Source: the human T2T-CHM13v2.0 reference genome, Homo sapiens | Strand: one strand, 5' to 3' | Assembly (NCBI RefSeq): GCF_009914755.1 | Contig: NC_060930.1 | Length of the DNA stretch: 64,000 bases | Shown: one piece after another, positions 58,401 through 64,000 of the stretch | Layout: each line of letters starts with the position of its first letter | Position numbering within the stretch: position 1 is the first letter of the stretch | Made by a program: the position numbers and the translations under genes | The notes under the pieces: model-generated | Told to the model about the DNA's origin: nothing | Database searches by the model: none | The model's input: only the letters and a program-made list of their open reading frames with translations

Positions 58401-60851
58401 CCCTTGATAGAGCAGTTTTAAAACACTCTTTTGTTGAATCTGCAATTGGATATTTGGACCTCTTGGTGGCCATCTTTTGATACGTGATTTCTTTATATAA
58501 ATCTAGACAGAAGAATTCTCAGAAACTTCCTTCTGGTGTGTGCTTTCAACTCACAGAGTTGAAGCTTTCTTTTGATAGAGCAGTTTTGAAACTCTCTTTT
58601 TGTAGTATTTCCAAGGGGATATTTAGCGCCATTTGAGGACTATGGTAGAAAAAGCAATATCTTCATAGAAAAACTAGATGGAATAATTCTCAGAAACTAC
58701 TTTGTGATGTGTGCGTTCAACCCACAGAGTTTAACCTTTCTTTTGATAGAGCAGTTTTGAAACACACTTTTTCTAGAATCTGCAAGTGAATATGTGGTCT
58801 TTTTTGAGGCCTTCGTTGTAAACAAGATTTCTTCATATAAAACTTGACAGAAAAATTCTCAGAAACTTCATTGTGATGTGTGCATTCAACTCACAGAGTT
58901 GAACCTTGTTTTCGATAGAGCAGTTTTGAAATACTCTTTATGTAGAATTTCCAAGAGGATATTTATAGCGATTCGAGGCCTATGGTAGAAAAGACAATAT
59001 CTTCATACAATAACTAGACAGAATCATTCTCAGAAACTACTTTGTGTTGTGTGCATTCTGCTTACAGATTTTAACGTTTCTTTTGATAGATCAGTTTTGA
59101 AACAACCTTTTTGTGGAATTTGCAAATGTATATTTAGAGCACTTTGAGGCCTACAGTAGAAAAGGAAATATCTTCACACATAAACTAGACAGAAGCATTG
59201 TCAGAAACTAATTTGTGATATTTGCATTCAACTCACAGAGTTGAACATTCCTCTTGATAGAGCAGTTTTGAAACTCTCTTTTTGTAGAATCCGCAAGTGG
59301 ATATTTGGACCTCTTTGGGTCCATCATTTCGTACGTGAATTCTACATATAAAACTAGACAGAGGAACTCTCAGAAACTTCTTTGTGATGTGTGCTTTCCA
59401 CTCAAAGAGTTGAACATTCCTTTGGATAGGGCAGTTTTGAGACTCTCTTTTTGTAGAATTTCAAGTGGATATTAAGTGCCGTTTGAGGCCCATGTTAGAA
59501 AAGGAAATATCCTCAAAAAAAAACTAGACAAAATGATTCTCAGAAACTACTTTGTGATGTGTGCGTTCAACTCACAGAATTTAAACTTTCTTTTGATAGA
59601 CCAGTTTTGAAACACTCTTTTTGTAGAATCTGCAAGTGAATATTTGGACTTTTTTAAGGCCTTCTTTGGAAATGGGATTTCTTCATATAAAACTTGACAG
59701 AAGAATTCTCAGAAACTTATTTGTGATGTGTGCTTTCAACTCACAGATTTGAAACTTCCTTTCGATAGAGCAGTTTTGAAATACTCTTTTTGTAGAATTT
59801 CCAAGTTGATATTTAGAGCGGTTCGAGGCCTATGGTAGAAAAGGAAATATCTTCATAGAAAAACTAGACAGAATCATGCTCAGAATCTATTTTGTGATGT
59901 GTGCATTCAGCTTACAGAGTTTAACCTTTCTTTTGATAGAGCAGTTTTGAAACACTCTTTTGGTGGTATTTGCAAGTGTACGTTTAGAGCACTTTGAGCC
60001 CTACGGTAGAAAAGGAAATATCTTCACATAAAAACTAGACAGCAGCATTGTCAGAAACTATTTTCAGATATTTGCATTCAAATCACAGAGTTGAACATTC
60101 CTCTTGATAGAGCAGTTTTGAAACACTCTCTTTGTAGTATCTGCAAGTGGATATTTGGACCTCTTTGTGGCCTTCGTTTTAAAAGTGATTTCTTCATATA
60201 AAACTAGGCAGAAGAACTCTCAGAAACTTCTTTGTGATGTGTGCTTTAAACTCACAGAGCTGAACCTTCCTTTCGATAGAGCAGTTTTGAAACTCTCTTT
60301 TTGTAGAATTTCCAATTGGATATTTAGCGCCGTTTGATGCCTATGGTAGAAAAGGCAATATATTTATGGAAAAACTAGACACAATGATTCTCAGAAACTA
60401 ATTTGTGATGTGTGCATTCTACTCAGAGTTTAACCTTTCTTTTGATTGAGCAGTTTTATAACACTGTTTTGTAGGATCTGCAAGTGAATATTTGGACTTT
60501 TTTGAGGACTCTGTTTGAAATTGGATTTCTTCATATAAAACTTCACAGAAGAATTCTCAGAAACTTCCTTGCGATGTGTGCATTCAGCTCACAGTGTTGA
60601 CCTTCCCTTTTGATAGAGCAGTTTTGAAACTTTTTTTTTTTTTTGCTATTTCCATGTGGATATTTAGCGCCGTATGAGGCCTATCATAGAAAAGGAAATA
60701 TTTTCATAGAAAAATTAGAAAGAATGATTCTCAGAAACTACATTGTGAAGTGTTCGTTCAACTCACAGAGGTTAACCTTTCTATTCATAGAGCCTTTTTG
60801 AAACACCCTTTTTGTAGATTCTGCAAATGAATATTTGGACTTTTTTGAGAC

Positions 60852-60868
60852 CTTCGTTGGAAACGGGA
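60852..60868 (+). promoter_or_regulatory. CENP-B box, perfect
   Basis: cttcgttggaaacggga. Confidence 0.92.
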
Positions 60869-61692
60869 TTTCTTCATATAAAACTTGACAGAAGAATTCT
60901 CAAAAACTTTTTTTTGATGTGTGCATTCAACTCACAGATTTGAACCTTCCTTTCAATTGAGCAGTTTTGAGATACTCTTTTTGCAGAATTTCCAAATGGG
61001 TATTTACAGTGCTTCGAGGCCTATGGTAGAAAAAGAAATAACTTCATAGAAAAACTACACAGAATCATTCTCAGAAACTAAAACTACTTAGTGATGTGTG
61101 CATTCAGCTTCCACAGTTTAATTTTTCTTTTGATAGAGCAGTTTGTGGAATTTGCAAGTGTATATATAGAGGGCTTTGAGGCCTGCGGTTGAAAAGGAAT
61201 ATCTTCACATAAAAACTAGACAGTAGCAGTGTCAGAAACTACTTTGTGATATTTGCACTCAACCCACAGAGTTGAAAATTCCTCTTGATAGAGCAGATTT
61301 GAAACACGCTATTTGTAGAATGTGCAAGTGGATATTTGGACCTCTTTGTGGCCTTCGTTTGAAACGTGATATCTTCATATAAATCTAGGCAGAAAAATTC
61401 TCAGAAACTTCTTTGTGACGTGTGCTTTCAACTCACAGAGTTGAAACTTACTTTCGATAGTGCAGTTCTGAGAGTCTCTTTTTGTATAACTTCCACGTGG
61501 ATATTTAGTGCCATTTGAGGCCTATGGTAGTAAAGGCAATATCTTCATAGTAATACCAGACAGAATGATTATCAGAAACTGCTTTGTGATGTGTGCGTTC
61601 AACTCTCAGAGTTAAACATTTCATTTTATAGAGCAATTTTGAAACACTCTTTTTGTAGGATCGGCAAGTGAATATTAGGTCTTCTTTGAGAC

Positions 61693-61709
61693 CTTCGTTG
61701 GAAACGGGA
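61693..61709 (+). promoter_or_regulatory. CENP-B box, perfect
   Basis: cttcgttggaaacggga. Confidence 0.92.
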
Positions 61710-63048
61710 TTTATTCATATAAACTTGACAGAAGAATTCTCAGAAACTTCTTTGTGATATGTGCATTCAATGCACAGATTTGAACCTTCCTTTCGATAGA
61801 GCATTTTTCACATACTCTTTTTGTAGAATTTCCAAATGGATATTTAGAGCGGTCCGAGGCTTATGGCAGAAAAGGAAATATTTTTATTGAAAAACTAGAC
61901 AGAATCATTCTCAGAAACTACTTTGTGATGTGTACATTCAGGTAACATAGTTTACCCTTTCTTTTGATAGAGCAGTATTGAAACACTCTTTTTGTGGAAT
62001 TTGCAAGTATATATGTAGTGCCCTTTGAGGCCTACGGTAGAAAAGGAAATATCTTCACATAAAAACAAAACAGAAGCATTGTCAGAAATTACTTTGCGAT
62101 ATTTGCATTCAACTCACAGAGTTGAACATTCCACTTGATAGAGAAGTTTGGAAACACTCTTTATGTAGAATCAGCAAGTGGATATTTGGACCTCTTTGTT
62201 TCTTTGAAATGTGATTTCTTCATATAAAACTAGACAGAAGAATTCTCAGAAACTTCTTACTGACGTGTGCCTTCAACTAACTGCATTGAAACTTCCTTTC
62301 GACAGAGCAGTTTTGAAATATTCTTTTTGTAGAATTTCCAAGAGCATATTTAGATGGGTTCGAGGCCTATGGTAGAAAAGGAAATATCTTCACAGAAAAA
62401 CTAGACCGAAGAATTCTGAGAAACTTCTTTGTGATGTGTTCATTCAACTCCCAGAGTTGAGCCTTCCTTTCGGCAGAGCAGTTGTGAAATTTTCTTTTTG
62501 TACAATTTCCAAGTGGATATTTACAGCTCTTGGAGGCCTATGGTAGAAAAGGAAATATTTTCATAGAAAAACTAGACAGAATCATTCTCAGAAACTTCTT
62601 TGTGATGTATGCATTCAACTCACAGAGTTGAAACTTCCTTTCAATAGAGCAGTTTTGAAATACTCTTTTTGTAGAATTTCCAAGCAGATAGTTAGATGGG
62701 TTTGAGGCCTATGGTAGAAAAGGAAATATCTTCATAGATAAACTATACAGAATCATTCTCAGAAACTACTTTGTGATGTGTGCATTCAGCTTACAGAGGT
62801 TAACCTTTCTTTTGATAGAGCAGTTTTGAATCAATCTTTTTATAGAATTTGCAAGTCTATATTTTGAGCGATTTGAGCCCTACGGTAGAATAGGAAATAT
62901 CTTTACATAAAAACTAGACAGAAGCATTGTCAGAAACTACTTTGTGATGTTTGCATTCAACTCACAGTGTTGAACATTCCTCTTGACAGAGCAGTTTTGA
63001 AACACACTTTTGTAGCAACTGCAAGTGAATATTTGGAGTTTTTGAGGC

Positions 63049-63065
63049 CTTCGTTGGAAACGGGA
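63049..63065 (+). promoter_or_regulatory. CENP-B box, perfect
   Basis: cttcgttggaaacggga. Confidence 0.92.
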
Positions 63066-64000
63066 TTTCTTCATATAAAATTCGACAGAAGAATTCTCAG
63101 AAACTTCTTTGTGATGTGTGATTTCAACTCACAGGGTTGAACCTTCCTTTTGATAGAGCAGTTTTGAAACTCTCTTTTTGTAGATTTTCCTAGTGAATAT
63201 TTAGCGCTTTTTGAGGCCTATGGTAGAAAAGGCAATATCTTCATAGAAAAATTAGACAGAATGATTCTCAGAAATTATTTTGTGATATGGGCTTTCAACT
63301 CACAGAGTATAACTTTTGATAGAGCAGTTTTGAAACACTCTTTTTGTAGAATCTGAAAGTGAATATTTGGACTTGTTTGAGGCCTTCATTGGAAACGGAA
63401 TTTCTTCATATAAAACTTGACAGAATAATCCTCAGAAACTTCTTTGGGATGTGTGCATTCAACTCACAGGATTGAACCTGCCCTTCGATATAGCAGTTTT
63501 GAAATACTCTTTTGTAGAATTATCAAGTTGATATTTAGAGAGATTCGAGACCTATGGTAGAAAAGGAAATATCTTCATAGAAAAACTAGGCAGAATCATT
63601 CTCAGAAACTAGTTTGTGATGTGTGCATTAAGCTTACAGAGTTTAACCTTTCTTTTTATACAACAGTTTTGAAGCTACCTTTTTGTGTAATTTACATGTG
63701 TGTATTTAGAGCGCCTTGAGGCCTACGGTAGAAAAGGCAATATATTCACAAAAAAACTAGACAAAAGCTTTGCAGAAACTACTTTGTGATATCTGCATTC
63801 AACTCACAGAGTTGAACATTCCTCCTGATAGAGCAGTTCTGAAACCCTGTTTTGTAGAATCTGCAAGTGGATATTCTGACCTCATTGTGGCCATCATTTG
63901 ATACGTGATTTCTTCATATAAAACTTGACAGAGGAATTCTCCGAAACATTTTTGTGATGTGTGCATCCAACTCAGAGAGTTGAACTTTCCTTTCTTTTTT

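Larger units (their letters stand above)
56701..64000 (+). repeat. Alpha-satellite, pentameric HOR domain resumes
   Basis: The monomer-1 marker lies at 57494, 58346, 59196 and 60046 (spacings 852, 850, 850). Confidence 0.97.

Noticed and set aside
60631-60644. 14-T tract as a retroelement tail
   Set aside because: It lies at the satellite's native ctctttttgt position, with no TSD or element body, so it is best explained as slippage.

Overview
This window is human-lineage (peri)centromeric DNA and contains no intact protein-coding gene. About 93% is head-to-tail ~170-171 bp alpha-satellite in a single orientation. It is organised mostly as a divergent 5-monomer (~850 bp) higher-order unit (box pattern B-A-B-A-A) whose monomers resemble archaic SF1/SF01 types. 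A ~15 kb internal block (~41.8-56.7 kb) has different monomer variants and a less regular, partly 4-mer order. Two retroelements interrupt the array: a 5'-truncated, disabled L1PA2-like LINE-1 (3117-7120, +) and a full-length human-specific AluYb8 (34922-35226, -) with a 12-bp TSD. The L1 has no TSD, joins two different monomer types, and has an internal deletion that fuses ORF1 to ORF2 in frame. Intact CENP-B boxes are sparse (about 11 found by eye), which fits an inactive, decaying centromeric layer. Shared private variants reveal several dispersed and tandem segmental copies inside the array. All ORF-track entries outside the L1 are artefacts of satellite or Alu translation. I found no evidence of a novel coding system; the interest lies in array history and insertion mechanics. 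Subfamily and chromosome assignments rely on recalled consensus sequences and need computational confirmation.
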